From an uncultured Planctomycetota bacterium (GTDB lineage Bacteria; Planctomycetota; Planctomycetia; Pirellulales; Lacipirellulaceae), in NCBI GenBank assembly GCA_963719315.1, contig CAVRBU010000003.1:352001-416000 (forward strand): a stretch of DNA of 64,000 nucleotides. Direction: 5' to 3'. Made by a program: the position numbers and the translations under genes. Of this stretch, positions 10,550-20,926 are shown piece after piece; the first letter of the stretch is position 1, and the number at the start of each line of letters is the position of its first letter. Below the pieces are notes generated by a model, which did not search any database, was not told the origin of the DNA, and saw only the letters and a list, made by a program, of their open reading frames with translations.

Positions 10550-12792
10550 ATGTCCACGCTTGCCGATAGCCTTGTCTCCAGCTCGTCGCGCAAGCTGCCG
10601 ATACGCAAGCGGCCCGATCTGATTGGCCGGCAGCAGCGTTATCAAGGTCGGCTGTACTGGGTTGTGAAAGACCCCGTAGGCCTACAGTATTACCGCTTCG
10701 AGGAAGAGGAATACGCGATTCTGCAGATGCTCGATGGTCACTCGAGCCTCGACGAAATCGCCGAACGCTTCGAGCACGATTTTCCGCCGCAGACGATTCG
10801 CACCGAGGAATTGCAGCAGTTCATCGGCATGTTGCACCGCAGCGGTCTGGTGATTACCGACGCCCCCGGCCAAGGCCAGCAGTTGGTGAAGCGCCGCAAC
10901 GAGCGGGTGCATCAAGAGCGAATGGCGACGTTTGCCAATATCCTGTCGCTACGCCTGAAGGGCGTTGATCCTGAGCGGTTTTTCAACTTTGTCTATCCGT
11001 ACGTCCGGTGGTTCTTTTCCGTGCCGGCGATGATCGTGTGCATCGCGATCGGGCTGACTGCCCTGTCGTTGGTGCTCGTGCAGTTCGATGTATTTCATTC
11101 CCGGCTGCCCGATTTCCACTATTTCTTTCGCGCCAGAATTGGCTTTGGCTCGGGCTAACGCTGTGCGTGACCAAAATTCTACACGAGTTCGGGCACGGCC
11201 TGTCGTGTAAACATTTTGGTGGTGAGTGTCACGAAATCGGCATCATGTTTCTCGTGCTCACACCGTGCCTGTATTGCAATGTCTCCGATTCCTGGATGCT
11301 GCCCAACCGCTGGCATCGAGCGGCGATCGGGGCGGCCGGCATGTACGTCGAGCTCGTGCTGGCTTCGATCTGCACGTTCATCTGGTGGTTCACCGAACCC
11401 GGTCCCGTCAATTACATCTGCTTGAACGTGATGTTCATCAGCTCGGTCAGCACCGTGATGTTCAACGCCAACCCGCTGCTGCGCTATGACGGCTATTACA
11501 TCCTCAGCGACATTCTGGAAATCCCCAACCTCCGCCAAAAGGCGAGCACGATTCTCAGCCGCAAGCTGGGCGCGTGGTGCTTGGGTCTCGAAGAGCCGGA
11601 AGACCCCTTCCTGCCGCAACGCCGGCAGTGGCTGTTCGCGACGTACACGGTCGCCTCGGCGATCTACCGCTGGATCGTCACGTTTTCGATTCTGTATTTT
11701 CTGAACCGAGTGTTCGAGCCCTACGGACTGAAAATCCTGGGCCAAGCGATTGCTTTGGGCTCGATTTACGGCCTCGTTATTCAACCGCTGTGGAATGTTT
11801 ACAAATTCTTCAAGGTGCCGGGGAGGTTAGGAAAAGTGAGTCGCGTTCGCCTGTATGTTACGATCTTGGTTTTAATCGGAGTGATCGCCGCGATCGGTTT
11901 TGTGCCGCTGCCCTCGCACGTGTATGCCCCGTTGGAAGTGCAAGCCCGGGACGCGGCGTCGGTTTACGTAAAAGTCGATGGTATACTCGATCAAACGTTC
12001 GTTCGCCCCGGCGACCAGGTCAAAGAGGGTCAATTGCTGGCTCAACTTCACAACATCGAGCTCGACTACGAGATCACCCAACTAGCCGGGGAGCGCGATA
12101 TCTTGTCCGTTCAACTCGCAGGCCTGCACCGCGCCAGCTTCGGCGATTACAGCGCGAGTACGCAAATCGATCCGGTCAGAAAGGCGCTCGCCGGCACCGA
12201 GGCGCAGCTTGCTACACGCGAGAAGGATCGCGAGAAGCTGCGGCTGGTCGCACCGCGCGACGGAACTGTGCTGCCGCCGCCGCTGGTGGAAAAACGCGGA
12301 GATGATGGCATCCACCTGGCGACGTGGTCCGGTTCGCCGTTCGATCCGGAGAATGTTGGCGCCCACCTAACGACCGGCACCAAATTATGCCAAATCGGCG
12401 ATCCTCACTCGCTCGAAGCCCGCCTGGTAATCGACCAGAACGACGTCGAATTCGTCGCGCCGGGACAAGAAGTCGAGATCATGCTCAATCAAACAGCCGA
12501 CTACGTGTACGCCGATTGTTTCATCGAGCGGGTTTCGACCGAGGATTTGAAGAAGAGCCCCGCGCACCTTTCGAGCCTGCACGGCGGTGCGCTGCCGACG
12601 AAAATGGACGCCGGGGGCGTGGCCCGCCCGCTAAGCCCGATCTTCGAAGCCGTCGTGCCGCTGCCGGACCAGGATCCGTATAACCTGCTGCGGCTGGGCC
12701 TTGTAGGCCGCGCAAAAATAACGACAGAACCACGCACGCTGTGGAGCCGGGTCTATCGCTATTTCTCACATACGCTCAATTTTGAGTTGTAA
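10550..12792 (+). CDS. PqqD-like winged helix / site-2 protease (M50) / HlyD fusion protein (frameshift near 11135)
   Basis: HEFGH zinc motif, NANPLLRYDGYY motif, C-terminal lipoyl and coiled-coil adaptor; two overlapping ORFs joined by one missing base. Confidence 0.85.
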
Positions 12793-12798
12793 TTTTCA

Positions 12799-12979
12799 GG
12801 CCCAACGGGCCGACAGTTCATAGCCAGGAGTGTAAACCCCTGGTTTAGAACGCCCGCTATGACATTTAGCCCCAACGGGGCGACAGCCCGCTTGCATACC
12901 GGTTGGGGCTTTGTCATGCGTTTGCCAATTGTTCCAGGGGCTGCGCCCCTGGCTATTGACTGTCGCCGCCTTGCGGCTG
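12799..12979. repeat. Composite REP-like element
   Basis: Two cccaacggg.cgacag units followed by inverted ctgtcgccgccttgcggct; internal ccagg...cctgg hairpins. Confidence 0.6.
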
Positions 12980-13078
12980 AAATCACGACAGACGATGCGA
13001 TTTTGACAGCACTGCCAGCACCGCTGACCGCCGCTCTCGGGCTAGGCCCGTGCGGGGCATCTCCCTAGAATCCGCCGC

Positions 13079-16000
13079 ATGTTGCGCGGAAATCCAAGAA
13101 TCAATCGTGAATTCGTTCGCCATCGATCTCGTGTCGCATCGCCGTGCGCCGGCAGTGTGCGGCGCAAGCTGCTGACGTTCCTAGTCTTGATGGCGATCGT
13201 CGTCGCGTTCTTGCCGACGATCGTGGCCACGACTCCGCTCCGCAATGTGCTCCTATCGGCGGCGATGCCGAGCGACGCCGTGCGCGTTTCGATCGGCGGC
13301 GCTTCGTTGAGCTGGATCAGCGGTCCTTCGCTTACCGGCGTGCAGGTCGTTGACTCCGCCGGCAACGCCCTGCTCTCGGCCGATTCTGTCGCCGTCGACC
13401 GTTCGCCGGCGAATCTGCTGATGAACTCGCACGATTTGGGCGTGATTCAAATCAACCGCCCCGCGATTCACCTGAAAGTCCGTCCCGATGGCAGCGACCT
13501 GGAAGACGCACTGCAAAAGCTGCTCGCCGACGTGTCGAAGAACGCCAAGCCCTCCGTTGATAAACAGGATGTCGCCGGCGCGCCGGTCGCGTTTGCAATT
13601 CAACTGGTGGATGGCACGATTCTCGCCGAGGATGTCGCCACTGGCCGCGTGTGGCGGATCGAAGGCGTCAATGTTCAATACGATTGTCACGGCGCCGGCG
13701 GCGGACTGGGCAACGGATCGGTATCTGGCCAAATCACTGTCGCTAACCCCGGCGGCGCAGCGCCAATGTCGGCGGGGCGATTCGCAGTCGCGATCAAGCC
13801 GAACAGCGGCCGCAACGAGATGACGCTGCAAGCCGACGGCATCGCGCTCGCGCTGGCGCAGCCCTGGTTGCATCGATTCGCCAGCGTGAGCGAACTCAAT
13901 GGAACTCTCTCCGGCAGCGGCATCGCCACGTGGACCGCGGGCGGCAGCGCTATTGCCAGCGACTTGAACACGTCGGGCGCGCTCACGATTGATCGCTTGG
14001 ATGCGACCGCCCCACGACTGCTGGGCGACCGCGTGCGATTGGCCCGCGTCGAACTGCCCTGGCGGCTCGTCGCTCAGCCGACCGGCCTGGCGATTGAAGA
14101 CTTGCGGTTGAAAAGCGACCTGGGCCAAGTGGCTGTGCGCGGTCGACTCGACCCCGCGCTGCTGAAAGCTGCACAAGCTACAACTGATGCATCATCGTTC
14201 CCATTGAACGGCAACAACGACATCGAGCTCCGCGGCGCGATCGATATCGCCCGGCTGGCCACGATGCTGCCCCACGCACTCGGTATTCGCGGCGATACAA
14301 CGATCACGTCCGGTTCGATCGAACTCGCCGGCCGGCTGCAACCGACGGCCGCCGGCCAATCGCTCACAGGCTCCGTGCGGACCGCGCAGCTCGCCGCCAC
14401 AAGCGGTGGCAAGCCATTTCGCTGGGATCAACCCGTGAGCGCAAACTTCGCTGTCCGCCGCGAGGATGGCATGCTCGCGCTCGATTCGTTGCAGTGCGAT
14501 TCGAAAATCCTGCGCGTGCAAGCCGCGGGCACTTTTCAGCAGCTCACGGCCAACGCGTCGTTCGATCTCAACGCTCTCGCCGAGCAACTCGGGCAGTTCA
14601 TTGATTTAAGCCGCATGCAGTTGGCCGGCACCGGCACAGCACAACTCACGTGGCAACAAACGGAAAAGGACAAGTTCTCCGCCCTGGCCACGAGCGAACT
14701 TTCGCAACTTCGTGTCGTCCTGAGCGACGGTGCGATTTGGGCCGAGCCGCAACTTACCGTGCGGGCCGAAGCCGGCGGACTGCTCGACCCGGTTTCACAT
14801 CAGCCGACGCGCGTCGACACGGCCCAACTACTAGTCAACGGCCAAGGCGACCTCCTTGACGCTCGCCTCATCGGCGCGGTCGGTTTAACGAACACCGCAG
14901 CCGTGTGGCCCGTCACCGTGCGTTCGACCGGCAGCATCGCCCGCTGGCTGACGCGAGCCCGGCCTTGGTTCGCGCCCGGTGACTGGAAGATCGACGGCGC
15001 GAGTGAAATCTCCGCCATCATCCGCGCCACGAACGCGACGATCAACGTCACGGACGCGAAGGTCACGATCAACAACCTGCAGGCCACTAGCCTCGGATGG
15101 AACATCAACGAGCCGCGTGCTGAGTTCGCGGGCGATGCGCACGTAAATCTCGCGACGGGCGAAATCGCCGCAACTTCCGCTCAGTTCGTCACAAGCACCG
15201 TATCGATCGCCACCAAAGACGTGCACTACGCAAGCGGCACGAACGGCATCGGCCAACTGGCCGGCGCCGCCGCGTTCCGGGCCGATCTCGGGCGCTTGGC
15301 CGCCTGGCGCACACCCTCCGCGTATCAACCCGCCGGTGAATTCACTGGCAACATCCGCTTCGCCCAACAAGCCGGCCGCGTCACTGGCGAAATCACCGCC
15401 ACTGGCCAGAATTTGAGCCTAGCTACCCGCGGCGTCGCCCCCGCCGTAACACAAACCATCTGGCAAGAACCCCGCCTGACCCTTCGCAGCACCACGAATT
15501 ACGACTCCGCCGGCGATCGTCTCACGATCGATCAATTTCAAATTCAATCGAACACGCTCCAAGCCAATGCCGCCGGCCAAATCGACCGGCTCTCCACCAC
15601 TGCCGATTGCAATCTGAATGGCGCTTTGAACTACGACCTCGCTCAAGTCTCGCCGCTGTTGCGACCGTACATCGGCGAAGGCATTCTACTCAAGGGCCGC
15701 GAGCAGGCACGGTTTGCGCTGGCCGGCAAACTCAATGACGAAGGCGGCCCACACGCACAGCTCACTAGCCTGGCAACCGATCCATACCGAACCGGAGCTC
15801 CCGCTGGAATTTCGTCGCCCAGCCATTGGTCGCGGCGAATTCGCGCTCAACTGGAACTCCCGTGGAGCGGCGCGAATGTTTACGGTTTGCCCGTCGGCGC
15901 CGGTAAAATGGCCGCCACACTCGGAGAAGGCGCCCTGCAAATCGCGCCACTCGCACTTTCTGTGGGTGAAGGCCGATTGAACCTGTCCCCGACCGTGCGG

Positions 16001-16696
16001 TTCGATCCCGAGCCGGCCCAACTTTCGATGCCTGCCGGCCCCGTGATTACGAACGTCCGTATTTCACCGGAAGTCAGCGAGGCAATGCTGAAATTCGTCG
16101 CCCCGGTGCTTTCGGGCGCGACGCAGAGCGAAGGCCTCTTCTCGCTGCAGCTCGATGGCCTGCGCGTCCCGCTCGCCGACAGCAAGAAAACCGACTCCGC
16201 CGGCAAGCTGACCGTGCACTCTGTCCGGGTCGTGCCGGGCCCGATGACCCAGCAATGGGTCGGACTCGCCCAACAAATCGAAGCGCTGGCAAAACGCCGC
16301 GATCCGACGGCATCAACGAACCGACAGGTCACGCTACTCTCGATCCGTGATCAGCAAGTCAGCTTCCGCGTCGTCAATGGCCGCGTGTACCACGAGAACA
16401 TGGAATTCCAAGTCGGCGACGTTGTAATGCGCTCGCAAGGCTCCGTGGGACTCGATGAAACGATCGCCCTCACGCTGCAAATTCCCATCCAAGATGCCTG
16501 GATCGCCAAAGAGCCGCTGCTTGCCGGCCTAAAAGGCCAATCGCTGCAGGTACCCGTCACTGGCACACTCAAGCGCCCAAAGATGGACCAGCGGGCCGTC
16601 GCCAATCTGTCGAGCCAGTTGATTCAAAACTCCGCCGGCCAGGCCGTTGGTAACGAACTCAACAAAGTGCTCGATAAATTCCTCAAGCCGAAGTAA
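13079..16696 (+). CDS. Large AsmA-like envelope protein
   Basis: 1205 aa, single N-terminal TM, repetitive beta-strand-rich body, AsmA-like C-terminus (SQGSVGLDETI...VTGTLKRPK). Confidence 0.65.
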   Translation: MLRGNPRINREFVRHRSRVASPCAGSVRRKLLTFLVLMAIVVAFLPTIVATTPLRNVLLSAAMPSDAVRVSIGGASLSWISGPSLTGVQVVDSAGNALLSADSVAVDRSPANLLMNSHDLGVIQINRPAIHLKVRPDGSDLEDALQKLLADVSKNAKPSVDKQDVAGAPVAFAIQLVDGTILAEDVATGRVWRIEGVNVQYDCHGAGGGLGNGSVSGQITVANPGGAAPMSAGRFAVAIKPNSGRNEMTLQADGIALALAQPWLHRFASVSELNGTLSGSGIATWTAGGSAIASDLNTSGALTIDRLDATAPRLLGDRVRLARVELPWRLVAQPTGLAIEDLRLKSDLGQVAVRGRLDPALLKAAQATTDASSFPLNGNNDIELRGAIDIARLATMLPHALGIRGDTTITSGSIELAGRLQPTAAGQSLTGSVRTAQLAATSGGKPFRWDQPVSANFAVRREDGMLALDSLQCDSKILRVQAAGTFQQLTANASFDLNALAEQLGQFIDLSRMQLAGTGTAQLTWQQTEKDKFSALATSELSQLRVVLSDGAIWAEPQLTVRAEAGGLLDPVSHQPTRVDTAQLLVNGQGDLLDARLIGAVGLTNTAAVWPVTVRSTGSIARWLTRARPWFAPGDWKIDGASEISAIIRATNATINVTDAKVTINNLQATSLGWNINEPRAEFAGDAHVNLATGEIAATSAQFVTSTVSIATKDVHYASGTNGIGQLAGAAAFRADLGRLAAWRTPSAYQPAGEFTGNIRFAQQAGRVTGEITATGQNLSLATRGVAPAVTQTIWQEPRLTLRSTTNYDSAGDRLTIDQFQIQSNTLQANAAGQIDRLSTTADCNLNGALNYDLAQVSPLLRPYIGEGILLKGREQARFALAGKLNDEGGPHAQLTSLATDPYRTGAPAGISSPSHWSRRIRAQLELPWSGANVYGLPVGAGKMAATLGEGALQIAPLALSVGEGRLNLSPTVRFDPEPAQLSMPAGPVITNVRISPEVSEAMLKFVAPVLSGATQSEGLFSLQLDGLRVPLADSKKTDSAGKLTVHSVRVVPGPMTQQWVGLAQQIEALAKRRDPTASTNRQVTLLSIRDQQVSFRVVNGRVYHENMEFQVGDVVMRSQGSVGLDETIALTLQIPIQDAWIAKEPLLAGLKGQSLQVPVTGTLKRPKMDQRAVANLSSQLIQNSAGQAVGNELNKVLDKFLKPK

Positions 16697-16761
16697 TTCC
16701 TTGATGGAACCCGGCCCTCGCGGAGCTATAATTTAGTGCGCCCACACTCCGTTGGAAGGCG

Positions 16762-17106
16762 ATGATCACTTATCACACCCGGTGCTATATGGCATCTGCA
16801 ACCAGCATCATCGACGAGCAGCTTGAAACCGTCCGCCAATTGTGTCGCAAGTATCGCGTGGGGCGACTGGAGCTATTCGGCTCGGCGGCAAGGAACGTGG
16901 TCGGCGAATCTCCCAACGATTTGGATTTTCTCGTAGAATTCAAACCGCTCATTCCAGCCGATCGCGCGGATGCCTATTTCGGCTTGCTCGCGGATCTGCA
17001 AGACCTGTTTCGATGCGAAATCGATTTGGTCGAGACCGAAGCAGTCAGCAATCCGTATTTCAAGCAAGCCGTTGACGCGGATCGCACGGTGCTTTATGCC
17101 GCCTGA
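16762..17106 (+). CDS. Minimal nucleotidyltransferase (MntA-type antitoxin)
   Basis: LFGSAAR...NDLDFLVEF (GSx10DxD) and EIDLVE. Confidence 0.85.
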   Translation: MITYHTRCYMASATSIIDEQLETVRQLCRKYRVGRLELFGSAARNVVGESPNDLDFLVEFKPLIPADRADAYFGLLADLQDLFRCEIDLVETEAVSNPYFKQAVDADRTVLYAA

Positions 17107-17479
17107 AGTGCTGAGATTCTTGCACGATATTCAGCAAGCGTGCGGCCTGATCGAGCATTTCACGGCCGGCAAAACGGTCGACGATTTTCGCAACGACATC
17201 CAACTTCGTTCGGCCATGGAGAGGCAATTCATTACTATCGGTGAAGCGCTCCAGCAAGCACTTCGCGTCGAACCAACATTGGCCGACTCGATCACCGACA
17301 GCCGCAGGATCATCAACTTCCGCAACGTGATGGTCCACGGATACGCACAAATCGTTCCCGATACGGTTTGGGGCGTTGTCGAAAGCGGTCGGCCCGCTGG
17401 ATGCCAAACGAGCCGCGTCGTATGTGGACGAAGTAGCACGACAATTGGCAACACTTTATCGCACCGGCCTATTACATAA
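17096..17479 (+). CDS. HEPN/DUF86 (HepT-type) RNase with an aberrant C-terminus
   Basis: AMERQFITIGEA and Rx4H motif FRNVMVHGY; similarity is lost after VWGVVE. Confidence 0.8.
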   Translation: MPPEVLRFLHDIQQACGLIEHFTAGKTVDDFRNDIQLRSAMERQFITIGEALQQALRVEPTLADSITDSRRIINFRNVMVHGYAQIVPDTVWGVVESGRPAGCQTSRVVCGRSSTTIGNTLSHRPIT

Positions 17480-17906
17480 CGATATTCGTCCGGGCACGAT
17501 CTTATTGGACGAAACTGGTGCCGCACGATTAATTGCCGTCGGTTCCAAATCCGTTTCGGATATCCGGGCCGATCCAGATCGAGTAGCAGAAGTGGTTGAC
17601 TACCTTGCGCCAGAACGAGCGCTGGCGTTCAGGGTAGTAGATCAACGTGCAGACATCTACAGTCTCGGATGCGTTTTCTATTATTTGCTGGTCGGACGGG
17701 CGCCATTTGGCAGCGGCTCAATCAGCGAACGCTTGCTGATGCATCAAACTGCCCAGCCTGTTTCTATCAGCTCATCTCGTTCCGATGTGCCCCAATCGCT
17801 CGCGAACATCTGCGAAGTGATGATGGCAAAGCAGCCAGATGACCGCTATCAGTCCGCGGAAACAGTCGTCGAGGCGATTGAGACGTGGCTTCGGTCGGCG
17901 CGATAG
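17376..17906 (+). CDS. Degenerate Ser/Thr kinase C-lobe (pseudokinase fragment)
   Basis: HNDIRPGTILL in place of HRDIKPxN, no DFG/DLG, but intact DYLAPE, ADIYSLGC, PDDRYQSA; no N-lobe. Confidence 0.7.
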   Translation: MSKAVGPLDAKRAASYVDEVARQLATLYRTGLLHNDIRPGTILLDETGAARLIAVGSKSVSDIRADPDRVAEVVDYLAPERALAFRVVDQRADIYSLGCVFYYLLVGRAPFGSGSISERLLMHQTAQPVSISSSRSDVPQSLANICEVMMAKQPDDRYQSAETVVEAIETWLRSAR

Positions 17907-18009
17907 GCTCACCCGCCCGATGCTAGCGGTGACTTCTCTTGCTGTAACTTCAGCATTGCTCTAATCTCCGCCAGCATTTCTCCGCCGCGACCCGTAGGAC
18001 TGGATTGCA

Positions 18010-19076
18010 ATGGCTTTCGCATTTCGCACTGCTGCATACATGCCAATTCTGGCGATTTTCGTCCTGCTGTTCGGTACGCGCGCCACGCGCAGTTTGCCGT
18101 ACCGAACCCCACGGAGGTGACCGTCGTTAATGCAACGACGGTGTTCGCGCAGGCGATGCAGATGCCGCAAAACGAAATTCCGCGCAATCTGCTCACCGAT
18201 GCGCAAGCCATCGCCATCGTGCCCGGCATGATTCGCGGCGCGTTCGTTATCGGCCTGCAACACGGCAAAGGTGTGCTCGTGTTTCGTGATCCTAATGGGG
18301 CCTGGCAGGCACCGCGGATGATCGACATCACGGGCGGCAGCTTCGGCTACCAAATCGGCGTGCAGGCCACGGATCTTATTCTGGTGTTTCGCACGCCGCA
18401 GAGCGTGCAGAACTTGCTCCGCGGCACGCTGAAGATTGGTGTCGATGCGTCGGCCGCGGCCGGACCGGTTGGCCGGCAAACGTCGGCCAGTACCGACACG
18501 CGGCTAGCGGCGGAGATTTTGTCGTACTCGCGGGCCCGCGGCGCGTTCGTCGGTGTGTCGATCGACGGTTCGGCGATCTCGCTCGATCCTAGCGCCGAGG
18601 CGATTTACTATCAACCGCCGGGCGCGTTCCCGGCCTCGGCGGCGCAACTACTGCAAATGATAAGTGCTTACACGGCGACGCAGCAGCCGGCCATCGCTCC
18701 CGCGTTAGGAACTGGGCAAGTCGCGCCCGCTCCGGGCGCCACAGGCTGGATGCCGGCCAGCCAGCACGGTGGCGGCGATACGGAAACGGCTCGCCAGCAA
18801 CTTGAGGCTGCCTCTCGACAACTGTCGGCCAGCCTGGACGACAACTGGAAGCGCTACCTGGCTCTGCCGCCCGAAGTTTATATGCCCAATCAGGCGCCAA
18901 ACCCACAAGCCACACAGCAAGCGCTCCAGCGATACGAAGAAGTGGCCCGCAATCCTCAATATGCAGCGCTACAAGTCCGGCCGGAGTTCCAGCAAACGCT
19001 CACCTCGCTCCGACGCATGGGCGAAGTGCGGACCGCGTCGAACAACTCGCTTCAATTGCCGCCACCACCGAAGTGA
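18010..19076 (+). CDS. Lipid-binding SYLF (Ysc84) domain protein (probable frameshift near 18080)
   Basis: GGSFGYQIGVQATDLILVF, DASAAAGPVGR, ILSYSRARGAFVGVSIDG; the signal peptide lies in an upstream frame. Confidence 0.8.
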
Positions 19077-19167
19077 ATGTATGCGTGTGGTTCGACGAGG
19101 CCCCGATGCCGCTCGCGGAGCGCGCGGCCAACACTCCTGACTCCCCGCCCTCCACCGGGTATCATAG

Positions 19168-19335
19168 ATGTCGCGTGCGGATATCATTCTGCTGGCTGTT
19201 GCCGCGTACGTGGCTGTGATGACGCTGGTCCGCTTGATGAAGTCGCGTCGCGACGCCCTGGTTGCCGACGTACAGCGACAGGTTGACGCACGACAATCTA
19301 ATAAACGAAATCCGCCTCAACGTGACGCTGCCTAG
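19168..19335 (+). CDS. Small single-TM protein (55 aa, not in the ORF track)
   Basis: MSRADIILLAVAAYVAVMTLVRLMKSRRDALVADVQRQVDARQSNKRNPPQRDAA*. Confidence 0.55.
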   Translation: MSRADIILLAVAAYVAVMTLVRLMKSRRDALVADVQRQVDARQSNKRNPPQRDAA

Positions 19336-19342
19336 TTGATCA

Positions 19343-19409
19343 AGACAAGGAGACCGGGAGACAAGGAGAAACGATAGAGTGACGATCTCCTTGTCTCCCC
19401 TTCTCCTTG
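19343..19409. repeat. Inverted octamer repeat (GACAAGGA / TCCTTGTC)
   Basis: agacaaggagaccgggagacaaggag ... ctccttgtctccccttctccttg. Confidence 0.65.
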
Positions 19410-19428
19410 CATTCTTGTCTTTCCAAAA

Positions 19429-20901
19429 ATGAAGCTGTACATCGAAACCGTTGGCTGCCAGATGAATGAGCTCGACAGCGAGCTGGTCGTCGCCAGTCTG
19501 CGCAAAGACGGTTACGAGCTTACGACGAGTCCCCACGACGCGGACACCATTCTGTTCAACACTTGCAGCGTCCGTCAGCACGCTGAGGACAAAATCTATA
19601 GCGCTCTCGGGCGCCTCAAGAACGCCAAGCGTGAGCAACCGAACAAAGTCATTGGCGTGCTCGGCTGCATGGCCCAAAAAGACCAAGGCGTCATCTTCAA
19701 GCGAGCGCCATACGTCGATCTGATCGTCGGCCCCGGGCAGTTGCACCAGGTGCCGGCGCTCGTTCGAGAAATCCGTGCGGAAGGCGCGACGCGCACGCAG
19801 CGAATGGAAGTCAGCCTCGGTCGCAAAGATGGCTCACGTGAGGCAATCGAGCGGAGCCACGAAAGCTTCGATCCGCTTCGCGATCCGGCGATGCGACCAA
19901 CACCACATCAGGCGTATGTGCGGATCATGATCGGCTGCGACAAGTTCTGCTCTTATTGTATCGTGCCCAGCGTCCGCGGTCCCGAGCAAAGCCGGCCGCC
20001 CGCGGCGATTTTGGCCGAGTCCCGCCAACTCGCCAGCGAAGGTTGCAAAGAGATCACCCTGCTCGGCCAGACCGTCAACAGCTACCGCTACTGCGAGGGC
20101 GACCGCAACTGGCGGATGAGCGATCTGCTCGCCGCGCTGCACGAGATCGAAGGCATCGAACGAATAAAGTTCGTCACGAACTACCCCAAGGACATGACGA
20201 ACGACCTGCTGGCCGCCGTGCGGGATCTGCCGAATGTGAGCAAGTACCTGCACGTGCCCGTACAAAGCGGCTCGAACGCCGTACTGCAACGGATGAAGCG
20301 TGGTTATACGGTCGAAGAGTATCGCGAGATGCTGGCCCGCACCCGCGAATGGATTCCCAACGTCGCCGTTTCCAGCGACTTTATCGTCGGCTTCTGCGGC
20401 GAGACGGACGCGGAGTTTCAACTCACGATGGACCTGGTCCGTGAATCGCGATTCAAAAACAGCTTCATCTTCAAGTACAGCGAACGACCCGGAACGAAGG
20501 GCGCCGAGTTGTTCGCCGACGACGTGCCGGATGATGTCAAACGCCACCGCAACAACGAGCTGCTGGCCCTGCAAAACGAAATCAGCGAGCAAGACAACCA
20601 CGCTTTCCTCGGCCAACAAGTGACCGTGCTAGTCGAAGGCCCCAGCAAATCCGCCGAGAAGCACGCCGTTGTTTCACCCGACACCCGGCACCCGATACCT
20701 GACACGTTTCCTTCCCCCCTCCAACTTACCGGCCGCACCCATTGCGACCGAATCGTCGTGTTCGACGGCAACCCCCGTCAAATCGGCCACTTCCTGCCGG
20801 TCGTCATCTATGACGCCAATGCCCACACGCTATTTGGCGAAGTCGTGACGCGGCATACTCAGGGAATTCTGTACGAACTCTCGCTGCCGACCGTGGTATA
20901 G
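19429..20901 (+). CDS. miaB: tRNA-2-methylthio-N6-dimethylallyladenosine synthase
   Basis: UPF0004 motifs GCQMN, NTCSVR, GCMAQ; radical SAM GCDKFCSYCIVP; C-terminal TRAM domain. Confidence 0.95.
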   Translation: MKLYIETVGCQMNELDSELVVASLRKDGYELTTSPHDADTILFNTCSVRQHAEDKIYSALGRLKNAKREQPNKVIGVLGCMAQKDQGVIFKRAPYVDLIVGPGQLHQVPALVREIRAEGATRTQRMEVSLGRKDGSREAIERSHESFDPLRDPAMRPTPHQAYVRIMIGCDKFCSYCIVPSVRGPEQSRPPAAILAESRQLASEGCKEITLLGQTVNSYRYCEGDRNWRMSDLLAALHEIEGIERIKFVTNYPKDMTNDLLAAVRDLPNVSKYLHVPVQSGSNAVLQRMKRGYTVEEYREMLARTREWIPNVAVSSDFIVGFCGETDAEFQLTMDLVRESRFKNSFIFKYSERPGTKGAELFADDVPDDVKRHRNNELLALQNEISEQDNHAFLGQQVTVLVEGPSKSAEKHAVVSPDTRHPIPDTFPSPLQLTGRTHCDRIVVFDGNPRQIGHFLPVVIYDANAHTLFGEVVTRHTQGILYELSLPTVV

Positions 20902-20926
20902 TCATGGTCGTGGCGAGCGCAGCTCA

